From positions 70,894 through 134,893 of the IMG/VR virus record IMGVR_UViG_3300032116_000033: DNA of 64,000 bases; one strand, written 5' to 3'. A program made the translations under genes and the position numbers. The notes below the pieces were generated by a model that ran no database searches, was not told the DNA's origin, and saw only the letters and a program-made list of their open reading frames with translations. Of the stretch, positions 20,023 through 30,694 are shown in pieces. Position 1 is the first letter of the stretch, and each line of letters begins with the position of its first letter. This DNA comes from a virus.

Positions 20023-20541
20023 TCATGCGTTTCTCGTCTTCTTGAGTCTTCTCATTATCATGTCTTTCTTGATCCTTGAGGCCTTCTCGACCAGGGTCTT
20101 GCCGTCGAGGTGGTCGATCTCGTGCTGGAGGCACGCGGCCATCAGCCCTGTGGCTCTGATCTCTTTGTGCTCGCCGGACAGGTTCTGGTATCGCACCGTG
20201 ACCTGGTCGAAGCGCTTGACGACGTCGATGACGTCCGGCAGCGACAGGCACCCCTCGCGGGACATGACGTCGACCTCTGCCTCCAGCAGGATCGGGTTGA
20301 CGAGCACGATCGGGATGTTGTGGTAGGGCTCCGACATGTCGCCGAGTAGCCTAGGGACCTCGGTGACCGCCACCCTCCTGGAGTCGCCGACCTGGTTGGC
20401 CGAAAGGCCGATGCCGCCCTCGGCCCGCATCGTCTCGATCATGTCCCGAGCGAGCCGCTCGAGGTCGTCGTCGAACACCGACACCGCTAGGCAGCGCGTT
20501 CGTAGCATAGGGTCTGGCCATTTTCTTATCTTGAGAATCAC
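20023..20541 (-). CDS. def: Peptide deformylase
   Basis: GIGLSANQVG, EGCLS, QHEIDHLDG. Confidence 0.95.
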   Translation of the reverse strand: MILKIRKWPDPMLRTRCLAVSVFDDDLERLARDMIETMRAEGGIGLSANQVGDSRRVAVTEVPRLLGDMSEPYHNIPIVLVNPILLEAEVDVMSREGCLSLPDVIDVVKRFDQVTVRYQNLSGEHKEIRATGLMAACLQHEIDHLDGKTLVEKASRIKKDMIMRRLKKTRNA

Positions 20542-20620
20542 GTCTCACCTCACGGAAACGTTCTGTAAAGGATCTGGCATATCTTGTACACAACGAGCTT
20601 GATCTTCTCTTTTAGTCTGG

Positions 20621-22417
20621 TCATGTTAAGCCTTTCTTAGGGATCTTGATGGTGCTACCGATCCTCGCGAGCGGGTGGTCGGCGTGCCCGCCTTCGGATA
20701 TGATCCACAGGGTCTGTGGGAACTTCTGACCGGGCCTCATCGAGGCTTCGATATCGACGTCGGAGTAGCAGCCGTCCGTTATTATCAGCGAGAGGTCCGG
20801 GCTTGTCTCGAGTATGCGCTTGAGTGACGAGCCGAGGTGCGTGCCGCCCATGCTCACGGCTTTCTTGATCTGCTCCTGCGTAGACCGGTCTCCGAGCTTG
20901 TACTTTGCCGTGTGGTAGTTGACGTCGCTGAAGAGGTTGATCTCGCACTTCCTGGAGCCGACCTTCAGGAACTGGTCGACGATGTCTAGGAAGACGTTCA
21001 GCTCCTCGATCGAGATCGAGCCCGACGTGTCGAGGAAGAGGCTCAGCTTAGGGAGCTCGCCTTCGCGGGTGCCCGGCGACATATTGCCGTACCTGCGGGA
21101 TCTTCTGGACCACGTGTGGGCGCGATCGTGGCCGGAGGCCGACCGCTTGATGGCGGACAGTATCAGCGCGCGGTAGTTGAGCTCGGCGCGCCTCGTCTTG
21201 ATCGAGTCTAGAAGCTCTTTGACCGAGCCGGGGAGATCGTCGTAGCTTAGGCCTTGCTTCACCATGGCCCGCTTGACCAGCTCCTCGGTCGCGTCTAGGA
21301 TCTCGCTCTCCTCGGCGTTGGCGTGCCAGTCGTGCACGTCGAACTGGCGTGGGAGCCCCTTGCCCTTGCCGCTGCTCTTGCCTTTTGCGGGCACCCACTC
21401 CATGTCGTCGACGTCGACGTCGAGCTTCTTGCCGGCCTCGCCCTGGATGGCCCAGGCCTTGCCCTTGTTCGCGGTGCCGTAGCGGGGGACCGCACCGTCG
21501 CCGCGCTTCACGATGCCGGCGTCGTCGTGGCCGTCGTGGGCCTCGAGACGAGTCAACACGACCGGCGAGGTCTGCGACCCCGGATCTGACACGACGTATA
21601 TGCCGTTGTCCTTGAGATCGGTCTGATCCTTGACGAGGATGTTCTGGCCGACACCTAAGGTCCTGCCGTCGATGGTCTGCTCGCCGTCTGCGTTGAACGT
21701 CAGGGTCTTGCCGCGCTTTGATCCACTGGGCACGACGTCGAGGTTGTCGGTGGTCGCGACGGACACGAGGATGCTCTTGTTGTCTGGATCTTCCTCGGGC
21801 TCGTCGTAGTGTTCCATGAGCTTCTCGAAGTAGTACTCCATGGGCTTGTTCTTGGGCCACGGCGTTTTCTTGCCGGTGCTCTCGCTCGTGTCGTAGTAGT
21901 CGGACACGTCGAGGCACATGCCGGGGCACTGAGGGTTCTCGCAGGCTTCACCTTGTTTCTGAAGTTCGACAGGAGGGCATTGGCTGCAGCCGCGCGGAAG
22001 GTTCTGGATTGTCTGATTGATCGAAAGATCGCCTGCAAAGTTGAGTAGCATGCGCTTGTGATCTGACACGGACATGAACGGAACACGGATGAGGTGCTTG
22101 TTGAGGATGTGATACATCTCGTGGATCAAGACGGCGACGCGCTGTTTGTCGCTTAGGGACCGACAAAAGAACGACGGGTTGATGTACATCTCATAGCGTT
22201 TCATGTCTGCATTGAACGTCACACCGGCAGTCGGCACCATGTACGAGTACATAATATTCATGATCTGAAGCGTAGACCCTACAAACGGATGCTGTCGCGT
22301 CAGCTCGTACAAAGCCGTATTGAGGCACTGCTGCATCACGTCCGCCGGCACATCATCCTTGATCGCTTTCTGGAGTGCGGCCTTCTTCGTCACTGTGCTG
22401 GGCTGAGCTTGAGACAT
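20621..22417 (-). CDS. DUF2201-type metallopeptidase-VWA protein with an internal tail-fibre-like insertion
   Basis: HEMYH in the N-domain; DTSGS, GGT and ITDG MIDAS motifs; GGAGG RBS before ATG 22417. Confidence 0.8.
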   Translation of the reverse strand: MSQAQPSTVTKKAALQKAIKDDVPADVMQQCLNTALYELTRQHPFVGSTLQIMNIMYSYMVPTAGVTFNADMKRYEMYINPSFFCRSLSDKQRVAVLIHEMYHILNKHLIRVPFMSVSDHKRMLLNFAGDLSINQTIQNLPRGCSQCPPVELQKQGEACENPQCPGMCLDVSDYYDTSESTGKKTPWPKNKPMEYYFEKLMEHYDEPEEDPDNKSILVSVATTDNLDVVPSGSKRGKTLTFNADGEQTIDGRTLGVGQNILVKDQTDLKDNGIYVVSDPGSQTSPVVLTRLEAHDGHDDAGIVKRGDGAVPRYGTANKGKAWAIQGEAGKKLDVDVDDMEWVPAKGKSSGKGKGLPRQFDVHDWHANAEESEILDATEELVKRAMVKQGLSYDDLPGSVKELLDSIKTRRAELNYRALILSAIKRSASGHDRAHTWSRRSRRYGNMSPGTREGELPKLSLFLDTSGSISIEELNVFLDIVDQFLKVGSRKCEINLFSDVNYHTAKYKLGDRSTQEQIKKAVSMGGTHLGSSLKRILETSPDLSLIITDGCYSDVDIEASMRPGQKFPQTLWIISEGGHADHPLARIGSTIKIPKKGLT

Positions 22418-22625
22418 ATGTTGGACCTCCGGTTTGAGGATCATTAGATTCGGAAATATATTTGAAGACATAACCGCCAGCAGACTTTCTTCTGCCCGCT
22501 AAGACGGAAGATATGTTTGACTGACATATCCCTAACTCTTTTGAAGCTGTAGCCTTATTTTCAAACCGACAAACTTCAATACCATCCTTGATCTGCTTGA
22601 GGACTCTGGATGTGGTTCCTGTCAT
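22353..22625 (-). CDS. Stand-alone NUMOD1-like DNA-binding domain (endonuclease remnant)
   Basis: F.....ASKELGI.QSNISSVL.GRRKSAGGYVFKY. Confidence 0.6.
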   Translation of the reverse strand: MTGTTSRVLKQIKDGIEVCRFENKATASKELGICQSNISSVLAGRRKSAGGYVFKYISESNDPQTGGPTYVSSSAQHSDEEGRTPESDQG

Positions 22626-23153
22626 CTTCGTTTCGCCAGCTGCACGACGTCGACTATGTCTTCTGCGTCGATCCATATGAACCTTGAGATCTCTTGGTCG
22701 TTGACGACGCACCTTGTCTTTACGATGTACGCTTCTGCTGCAGCGTCCTCTTCCCAGCTTTTGCGCATCTCCATCACCACGCCGACGTTAGAGCAAGCGT
22801 CGGCATAGAAGAGGTTTCTCTGCTTGAACTCGAACTTTACGGTGTCGCCTAGTCTGAATTCTTTGTGCCTGATCTCTCCTGAGAAGCACGACGAAAGTAG
22901 TAGAGCCGTAGCTATGTAGAGCCTCATCGGTCCCTCATGAATGTTAAAACTATGAGCAATATCGCAGCAGCGACGTACAGCAATTCCGGTATCTGTCTGT
23001 TTCTGTTTGGAAAAAGTTTGTCAAACGCCTTGCGAAACATCAGTCCCTCATGAACATGATAAACGCCAGCACCATGGGCAGTATGCAGACACCAAAAAAC
23101 ACTACCAAAAACTCAATGAACTTCATCATCTCGGGTGTCATGTCGCACATCTT

Positions 23154-23819
23154 CTACTCCACGAATAGACTTGGAAAATAATCCTTTAGCGCATCTTTAC
23201 AAGCCACAGCGATGTCGCGGTGCTCTTTCTGAGTCGAAGGATCCGACCTCACGGCGATATAGTGCATCCAGCTCCTCACAGATCCAGACATATAGAGCCT
23301 AGTCCTAGACGACAGCGGCAACACGAACCTCGCGCACTCCTTGGCTATACCGTTGTCTAGTGCCCATTTGTAATGCTCGAAGCATACTTTCCAGGCATCC
23401 AGTTGACGTATGGACCACTCGTCCTTGATGTCTGGCGGAAGGTCGTCTATGGAGTTCTGCTTGTTCTTGAGATCCTGGCGTCGTGCCGCATAGAGCACCA
23501 CGCCTGAATCGTCGAGCGACTGGTAGCGCTGACTGAACTCTTGAAACGAGAAGCTGCGATGTCTGAGGATCTGGGGCGCGATGCCGCGCGAGGTGTCGAT
23601 CTCGATCGTCACGTGGCTCATCTCGAACGGAGACCAGTGCTTGTGGTCCTGAAGATATTTCAGAAGTTTTGGCATGGTGTCGGTGTTGATTTGGTTGTTT
23701 GGGTTGGACACTCTAGCGCAGTAGGCTATTATGTCTTCTTGGTCGAGGTGATCGATGTCTTGTGCGACCGGCTTTGTGACCGATATGACTCGAACTGAGT
23801 ACTCATTGCTCGTCGTCAT
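23154..23819 (-). CDS. thyX: FAD-dependent thymidylate synthase
   Basis: ARVS, HWSPFE, RHRSFSFQEFSQRY, ARFVLP, TQKEHR. Confidence 0.95.
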   Translation of the reverse strand: MTTSNEYSVRVISVTKPVAQDIDHLDQEDIIAYCARVSNPNNQINTDTMPKLLKYLQDHKHWSPFEMSHVTIEIDTSRGIAPQILRHRSFSFQEFSQRYQSLDDSGVVLYAARRQDLKNKQNSIDDLPPDIKDEWSIRQLDAWKVCFEHYKWALDNGIAKECARFVLPLSSRTRLYMSGSVRSWMHYIAVRSDPSTQKEHRDIAVACKDALKDYFPSLFVE

Positions 23820-24067
23820 CTTTCTTTTCCGTAAGTGATATGATCTTGTCTATGGCTTCGCTGAGCGAGTTCATGTAAGCAGCGAACAAGTCTTCCTGAC
23901 GCTTCGCTGCTATCTTGCGCTTTACAGCGCGCTTGCGCTCTATTATCTTGCGGCGCCTCAGTGCGCCTATGTCAGATACGTCACCCATGACTTTACTTAC
24001 GTCTGTTGCACATATCTATATCTTAACAGACAGAAGGTCGAAGCATCCGTGCTTCCGACCATATACA

Positions 24068-24796
24068 TCATCGTGCAGCAAGTCTCTCTCGCGCGATGCG
24101 AAGTTCTTCCTTCATGTCAAACAGTTGGGCAACGTAGTCGTCTGTCTCGTGCACGCCTCGGCCACCGCCGCGGATCATGCTGGTCACAGTAGCGCCTGCA
24201 GGACCGCCGTTGTACGCTGCATAAGCGCGGGCGATGTTGCCGTTGTACTTCTCGGCAAGGCTCTTGAAGTGCTGATATCCCAGGAAGATGTTGATCTCAG
24301 GGTCGTTTAGGTCGTCGGGAGTAAGCTTGCCGAGGTCTACTTTGTCTGCTTCGGCCTGTGCTGTAGCAGGCATAAGCTGAGCGATACCCATGGCGCCGGC
24401 AGGTGATCTTACTGTCGGTCTATACTGACTTTCTTTGCACATCAAGGCGATGAAAGCTTCCTGCACGTGGCGGTCGCCACCGATCTGGCTGAGGATGCGG
24501 TCCACCTGACGAGCCCGGATGACGCGCTGTGCCTGGCTCGGCAGCGTTGCCTTCGATCCCTGACATTTAGGCTGGTCCATCATCCACATGACGATGTCCT
24601 GAAGAGACTCTTTTTCTTGCTGTACGACCTCTGCTACAGCAGGCGACCGCTGGCTTGGTGCGGGCTCTGCTAAGCTCGAAGACTGGAAAGCACCAAGCGC
24701 TTGAGCGATGCCGATGCTTACAGCAGCAAATGAAACTCCGCCGGCCACCATGAAGAAGATTTTGCTTGACTTGACTTTTTTAAAGAAAGATTTCAT
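24068..24796 (-). CDS. Membrane-anchored lytic transglycosylase (SLT domain)
   Basis: KES, SPAGAMGIAQLMPATA, AAYNGG, ET..YV; N-terminal hydrophobic helix. Confidence 0.85.
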   Translation of the reverse strand: MKSFFKKVKSSKIFFMVAGGVSFAAVSIGIAQALGAFQSSSLAEPAPSQRSPAVAEVVQQEKESLQDIVMWMMDQPKCQGSKATLPSQAQRVIRARQVDRILSQIGGDRHVQEAFIALMCKESQYRPTVRSPAGAMGIAQLMPATAQAEADKVDLGKLTPDDLNDPEINIFLGYQHFKSLAEKYNGNIARAYAAYNGGPAGATVTSMIRGGGRGVHETDDYVAQLFDMKEELRIARERLAAR

Positions 24797-25245
24797 AAAA
24801 GCTCCTTTGCTTTAGTTTTCTGATAGTATGTCGTCTACGATGCTGCTTGCTATAGCATCTGCAAGATCTTCGATTCGGTATCCGACATAACTTTCGTCCA
24901 CTTTTACAACGGCTAAAAAGTAGGGACCGGTGCCTTTAGGGGACTGTCTCGTCATCAGCTTTATCGAGAACCTTGAGCGAACCTTAGCGATCTTGAATTT
25001 GCAGTTCTTGTTGAAAAAGGTTATGTTCGTTTGGTGCTCATCTATGAGCCTTGACACGATCTCGATAATCTCACTCATGGCTTCGTTGAACGAGTCTTTT
25101 CGATATAGCTTAAGTGCTTCAATGACGTTGCGAGACACTATCAGTAGATTTGAAAAATTACAGTCTTTGCCCTTGATACGGCTTAACGCCTTTTCTACAG
25201 CATCTTTCTTCCTCCACCTTGATTTTTGGCTTCTGTGTCTAGATC

Positions 25246-26364
25246 TCATTTAGATCCGCTTAGCTTGATGTTGGACTTAAGGATCTCTACGAGCTTAGGG
25301 TATCGCTTGCAGAAGTCTTTGAAGAAATCAGTGATGTTGCCGTTGTGCGACTTGAGGCCGCATCCTTTTAGGAGTATGACCGCTTGGTCGGAAGAGATGA
25401 TCTCGGCCACCGCGACCATCGTGAGCTCGTCTACCTGATCTTCCGTGGCGCTGGTGCCGCCGTAGTCCTTGATGATGGATTCGACCGTTACGGCGATCTT
25501 GTCGCCTTGGTAAGACTCAGGACGCGATTGATCCTTGAGCTTCTTGAGCGATTTATCTTTGTTAGAGATCAGATCCTTGGACGTAACCGGCGCGTCGTCA
25601 TGCACGAACTTCCAGAACTCGTTGCCGATGTCTTTGCCCAGGACCGCAGACGTGATGATGCGGTGGAGTTGCTTGTCGTCGACCGCGCCGGCCTTGTGTG
25701 CCGCGTTTAACTGAGACCACGTGCGAGGAGAGATGTACACGCCGTCTTTCGCCACGGTCGAGGCATCTTTGTACGTCCACGTGCCGGACTTGACGAAGTA
25801 CTGGATGTGGCTGCACCAGTCGTTAGAGGACATGAACGACACGAACGTGCTGTGGTCGTACTCGACCTCGAAGATCGCGAACCGGTTCTTGAGCGCGGTG
25901 TCGAGGGAGTTGACGTCGTACTCGGCAGAGTCTGGGTTGATGGCGGCCGCGATGATCCAGCCCTTGGGAAGGTTGTAGTTGTGGACCTTGCGGTCGGTGA
26001 GGAGCTGCATGAGGCAGTTCATGACCGCCGTGGTACCGCGGTTGGGCTCCTCGAGAAGGAGAAGACCTTCGGAATCAGGGTCAGTGGGCCAGAACTCAGG
26101 AAGGCGGTGCGACGTGCGGAGTCGGCCGTTCTCGTCGGCGGTCTCGCCAGGAAAGCCGATGAAATCGGGTGCTTCGAGGTATGCTACGCGCAGATCTATG
26201 AAACCGAAGTCCGGATTTCGCTCGCGCTGGCTGTGCGCCCACGCTTGGCAGATCTCGGACTTGCCGATGCCGGCAGCACCGGCGAACAGCGGGTTGAGGT
26301 TCTTGCCGACTGCACGAGCTCGAAATGCAAGGTCGAGGATCTCTGGGATGCGTGACGGTTTCAT
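25246..26364 (-). CDS. MoxR-like AAA+ ATPase
   Basis: GAAGIGKS, DLR, LLLEE.NR, AINP, LDTALKNRF, SPRTW. Confidence 0.85.
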   Translation of the reverse strand: MKPSRIPEILDLAFRARAVGKNLNPLFAGAAGIGKSEICQAWAHSQRERNPDFGFIDLRVAYLEAPDFIGFPGETADENGRLRTSHRLPEFWPTDPDSEGLLLLEEPNRGTTAVMNCLMQLLTDRKVHNYNLPKGWIIAAAINPDSAEYDVNSLDTALKNRFAIFEVEYDHSTFVSFMSSNDWCSHIQYFVKSGTWTYKDASTVAKDGVYISPRTWSQLNAAHKAGAVDDKQLHRIITSAVLGKDIGNEFWKFVHDDAPVTSKDLISNKDKSLKKLKDQSRPESYQGDKIAVTVESIIKDYGGTSATEDQVDELTMVAVAEIISSDQAVILLKGCGLKSHNGNITDFFKDFCKRYPKLVEILKSNIKLSGSK

Positions 26365-26450
26365 CGTCTCTCCTTGATGTTTATATGACTCTCATAGGTT
26401 CGGAAACACTTTCTCGAGGCACCTGGTATAATCGGCTCAGGAGGACCGCC

Positions 26451-27323
26451 ATGGAATTATTTATACTGATCGGAGCCCCTGGAATCGGCAAGACCTGGCT
26501 TTGTGACAGATTATCCAATGATTTTACAATCATATCATCGGATCGGTATCGAGACAAGATCGACGAAGCGATCCACAGTGCGCTGCAGCAGGACAAACCG
26601 GTGCTGGTGGACATACCCTTCAGGATCAAGGCATTCATAGAAAGGTGGAGATCCGCAAAGCCGAGCTGCGTCGTCGTGTCGCTGGTCGAAGACGAAGCGA
26701 CCCACAGGTCCCGACTGGCGATGCGAGGCGGCGAGTACACGGACTCGATCCTCAAGCGGGTGAGGCGCGTGAACTCCATCGCCAGGAAGTACGGGAACAT
26801 ATCGGGAACGTCTGATTTCCTTATCGAGAGCCTGAGGCAAGAGTCTCGCATCCTGCGATCTCCTGAGACGAGGGACGAGCCCAAGCCGTCTAACGTTGGC
26901 CGCAGGCCGTCTGCGCTCCACCTGAAGATCCTAGCGGAGCGAAACGCGAGCGGTTGGCAGTCTGCCCCTGAGGTCAGGAGAAAGATAAGCGAGGCGAACA
27001 AAGGTCTTAAACTAACAGACGATCAGCTTCAAAGACTGAGCGAGGCAACCAGCGGCGAGCGCAACGGCATGTACGGCAAGAAGCACTCTGAAGACTCAAA
27101 GCAAAAGATGAGCGAGTCTAAGAAAAAGCTCATGTCAGACGAAGGATTCAAGGAGAAGTTTAGGCGCAGTCGATCTAAGTTTGCGATCGTGTCGCCGTCT
27201 GGCGAAGAGTTCTTCAACGACAGAGACGCGGCCGCTAAGACCGGCATGAGTCGCAGCAAGATCCGCAAGCTGCTGGAGGACTCCAGCAGCGGGTGGAAGA
27301 GAGTTGAGACCTCTGGTCAGTGA
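26451..27323 (+). CDS. P-loop kinase domain fused to NUMOD3 DNA-binding repeats
   Basis: LIGAPGIGKT; RKISEANKG, GERNGMYGKKHSEDSKQKMSESKK; own TATAAT and GGAGG RBS. Confidence 0.7.
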   Translation: MELFILIGAPGIGKTWLCDRLSNDFTIISSDRYRDKIDEAIHSALQQDKPVLVDIPFRIKAFIERWRSAKPSCVVVSLVEDEATHRSRLAMRGGEYTDSILKRVRRVNSIARKYGNISGTSDFLIESLRQESRILRSPETRDEPKPSNVGRRPSALHLKILAERNASGWQSAPEVRRKISEANKGLKLTDDQLQRLSEATSGERNGMYGKKHSEDSKQKMSESKKKLMSDEGFKEKFRRSRSKFAIVSPSGEEFFNDRDAAAKTGMSRSKIRKLLEDSSSGWKRVETSGQ

Positions 27324-27936
27324 AGCGGACCCACCGGCTTTCCGGGGTCTGCGTCGATCTGGATCTTTTCCTGAAGCGTGTGGGCGGCAAGACCTTTGTC
27401 CATGAGCATGTGCCGCACGTCTTCTTCCATCGAGTCATTCTTTGCGACCAGAGACTCGCAAAGCTTCCTGGTGAACGAGAGGACCTCGAGTATCGAGGCG
27501 ATCTCCTCTGATGAGAAATATAACTCTATGAAACCTCTATCCTCTTTCGCGAAGAACTTCGGATTTCTTGGCTTCTTCATCGGCGGTCTCCTCAGCTCCG
27601 GTCACTAGCGCTGCGATGTGCGGCGGCAGCAAGCTTAGGTTTAGCTTGGGGGCCCTAGTCTTCTTGGGCTTACTTAATTTTACCTTGGCTGAAGTCTTTC
27701 TCGAAGGGGCCTTGTCTGCGAAATACAGCGCACCCTCGTTGAGGCCTAGGATGTTGATCGAGTTGTTTGTTGAATTTACAGACACTTTTCCGTCCGAGCT
27801 GGGCTCCACTGCATCAAGCTTGACGATCACTCCACCTCTTGCGATAAACTGTTCCAAGGTCTCTTTCATGCTGAGCTCCTTTGTCTTCGTGTAGGGTACA
27901 AGCTTTAAAGCTGATACGACAGAGAGGTTAAAAGAT

Positions 27937-28734
27937 ATGGCCGAGAAACCTGATGTGCTCAACAGTCTTTCTTACGGTGTCGATTTCAGGGCCAGGAGAA
28001 TATACTTCGGCTGCCTCCTAGATTCGGTCGAGGAGGAATCAGGAACTTTCACTCAGAACTCCGTGGAGCTTGCTGTAAGGGCTATGCACCGCATGGCGCT
28101 GGACGCTCCCTCTAAGCCGATCGAGATCCACATGAACTCGTACGGCGGCGATATGTGCTCGATGCTTCGGCTGTACGACGAGATCCTGACTTGTCCGTGT
28201 CAGGTAAAGTTCTTCGGCGGCGGAGCGATAATGTCTGCGGCGACGTGGATCATGGCTGTGTGCGACGAGCGGTACCTACACCAGCACACGACAGTTATGG
28301 TTCACGAGCTGTCAGCCGATCAGGGCTACGACAAGCACACAAACCTTCAGGTCAGCGCAGACGAGAACCGCAGGATCATGGAGGTGGCGTGCGAGCTCTA
28401 CGAGAAGAACTCGTACATGCCTAAGAGCTTCTGGCTCGACATATGCCAGCGGGACGTTTTCCTGACAGCGCAGGAGACTATCGCATTGGGATTGGCCGAC
28501 AAGATCATCGAGCCCAAGAAGCGCGGGAACCTTCGCAAGATGCGTCAGGCGCACCTCAAGAAAACGCCGGACAAGGACCAGGTCCAGTCGCTCATAAAGT
28601 CGATCTACCAGCGGATACACAGGGTCAACGTGCCGAACATCCAGGTGAACGCGCACGTGAAAGAGCCGGTGGATCCAGCCCTCATAGTCGATGACTCGAT
28701 CGTGTTACCGGTCGAAGAGGGAGAACCCTACTGA
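27937..28734 (+). CDS. ClpP-like protease subunit
   Basis: R.IYF, MNSYGGD, IMSAAT, MVHE, FLTAQE...LGLADKI. Confidence 0.85.
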   Translation: MAEKPDVLNSLSYGVDFRARRIYFGCLLDSVEEESGTFTQNSVELAVRAMHRMALDAPSKPIEIHMNSYGGDMCSMLRLYDEILTCPCQVKFFGGGAIMSAATWIMAVCDERYLHQHTTVMVHELSADQGYDKHTNLQVSADENRRIMEVACELYEKNSYMPKSFWLDICQRDVFLTAQETIALGLADKIIEPKKRGNLRKMRQAHLKKTPDKDQVQSLIKSIYQRIHRVNVPNIQVNAHVKEPVDPALIVDDSIVLPVEEGEPY

Positions 28735-29685
28735 CTCTTTGGCCTTCTCGAAGGCCGCCTTCACGCTCTTCCTGTGGTTCAGGATCTCGTTCAGCGTCTC
28801 TTCCAAGGTTTTGTCATGCAGCAGACTTCGCACCACGATCTCGTCAAGGTGCGCGATGCTCAGTCCGTCACACTTCTTGCTCAAGAACAGCGCAGCCTCG
28901 TCGTCGGTCAAGGGTCTCTTGGCGATGAACTCTAGGAGCTTGACTCGCTCTGATCCTGACGGCGGCGTGAGCTCGAGGAGAAGGTCGAACCGGCCCGGGC
29001 GATCGGCGAGCGACGCCAACAGGTTCTCTGGGTGGTTGGTGGTCGCGATGATGAACGTCGGAAGCTTGAAGACGTCGGAGACGCCGTCGAGCAGGTTCAG
29101 TAGCCCGGCGTCGACCTGGCGCATGCCGCCCTCGCGCTCGCCCCCGCCGATGTCCTCGAGTATCAGGATGAGCTTCGTGCATCTCTTCGTGTACTGAGAT
29201 CCGGTCGCCAGGAAGTCTAGGACGTCGTCTGAGTCAATCTTGGACGTCGGCCAGACCATGACCACGGTCCCAGGGTCCTGCTTGATCGCCTCGTTGCAGA
29301 AGTGCGAGATCGTGCTCGACTTCCCTAGACCAGGTGCAGAGTATATGAGCACGCCGCGCTTCTTCTGACGGCCTAGCGCCTCGTAGACGTGGAGCTTGCC
29401 GAAGAAGGTGTTGGCCTCTTCCAGTATGGCTGTGGCGTTGACCGCGTCTAGGAGCAGGCGCTTCTTGCCGAGCTCGGTCGCAACGAGCTGGATGCCGAGG
29501 TTCGTGTTCTTCATCGACCATATGCCCGGCTTTACCTTGCGCTTCTCTTCTTTCTTCTGCGTGCTGTACTTGAACTGATAGAGGATCCCGTTGTCCTGGA
29601 GGGCGAGATCAGACTTAGGCAGCTTTACCGATTCGGTGAGGTCTGTGAAATTTGTCTTCTTTATCAGCGTGAAGTTTCCGCTCAT
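28705..29685 (-). CDS. Single-domain classic AAA ATPase
   Basis: RGVLIYSAPGLGKS, LILEDI, LLNLLDG, ATTNHPE, RPGRFD. Confidence 0.85.
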   Translation of the reverse strand: MSGNFTLIKKTNFTDLTESVKLPKSDLALQDNGILYQFKYSTQKKEEKRKVKPGIWSMKNTNLGIQLVATELGKKRLLLDAVNATAILEEANTFFGKLHVYEALGRQKKRGVLIYSAPGLGKSSTISHFCNEAIKQDPGTVVMVWPTSKIDSDDVLDFLATGSQYTKRCTKLILILEDIGGGEREGGMRQVDAGLLNLLDGVSDVFKLPTFIIATTNHPENLLASLADRPGRFDLLLELTPPSGSERVKLLEFIAKRPLTDDEAALFLSKKCDGLSIAHLDEIVVRSLLHDKTLEETLNEILNHRKSVKAAFEKAKESVGFSLFDR

Positions 29686-30694
29686 CTTTGTCTCCCGTTG
29701 TTTGAGTACATGTTCAGCGTCCTACAGATGAAGTTTCGACGCCCCTGTATGTTATTGCTCTCGCGCTGTGTTCCGCTGAAGTCGTCTATGTTTATGCCGT
29801 CGCTTCCGCTACTGAACGCTTCACGGCTTAAGTTGTACCACTTAGCGGAAACTTTATAGTCTTTCTCTGGGCATATGCGAAGGCCTATGCTTATCGGAAG
29901 ACTGCTGACCGCCATGCCTCCGCTTGCCAGAACGAACCTGTCGTTTTCTTTCATGGTTCACCATCTGTTAGTGAGTCTGTGGGCCATGCCTGATATGTCT
30001 CTGCAGCGAATGTCAGCCTTGGCCCTCATGGTCGATAGGCCTACGAACTGAACGTCAGAGAACTCGTCTGCAAGCAGCGCGGTCCCTAGATCGAACTCTA
30101 GCCTCTCGAGCGAGAGAGATACCGCGCGCGAGGGATCGAGGTCCACGTGATCTGGTTCCTCTACGCCTCCGACTATGATGTAGCCTTCTACGGTCGTCGG
30201 CATCACGGCTCCTCGTGTCTGAACTCGTGGAGTCCGGTGGAAGTCAGTATGGTGAGCACGACCTGCTGGGTCGGCAGGATCTGCCACGAGTAGTCCAGCA
30301 GATCTAGCTTGCCCGATCTGCTTGCCTTCTCGAGGGCCACGAACAAGAACTCGGTCTTGTCGGCGGTCGCTCGCATCTCAAGCATCTCGCGATCTGTCAT
30401 TATACCCTCTTTTACGAGGGTCTCTGCTATGTCGAGCGGGTGATAGACCTTGGTGGTCAGGACTCGAAGCGCGTTCAGCTTCCTAACAGTCTTCTCCGAC
30501 GGGGTTGCGCTCTTCGACATGTTGGACCTCCAGCTGGTAGGATTCGCGGTACGACGACATCACGGCGTGACACCACTCTATGGCTCTGTACTTGTTCGGC
30601 CACTGCCTGACCGACAGGACCGCTCCGGAGTGCACCACGACGATGGACCAGTAGTTGCCGATTCTGTTCTCTAGCCTGATGACCAAGACGACTC

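Noticed and set aside
21048-21929. 293-aa Arg-rich ORF
   Set aside because: Off-frame shadow of the peptidase-VWA gene
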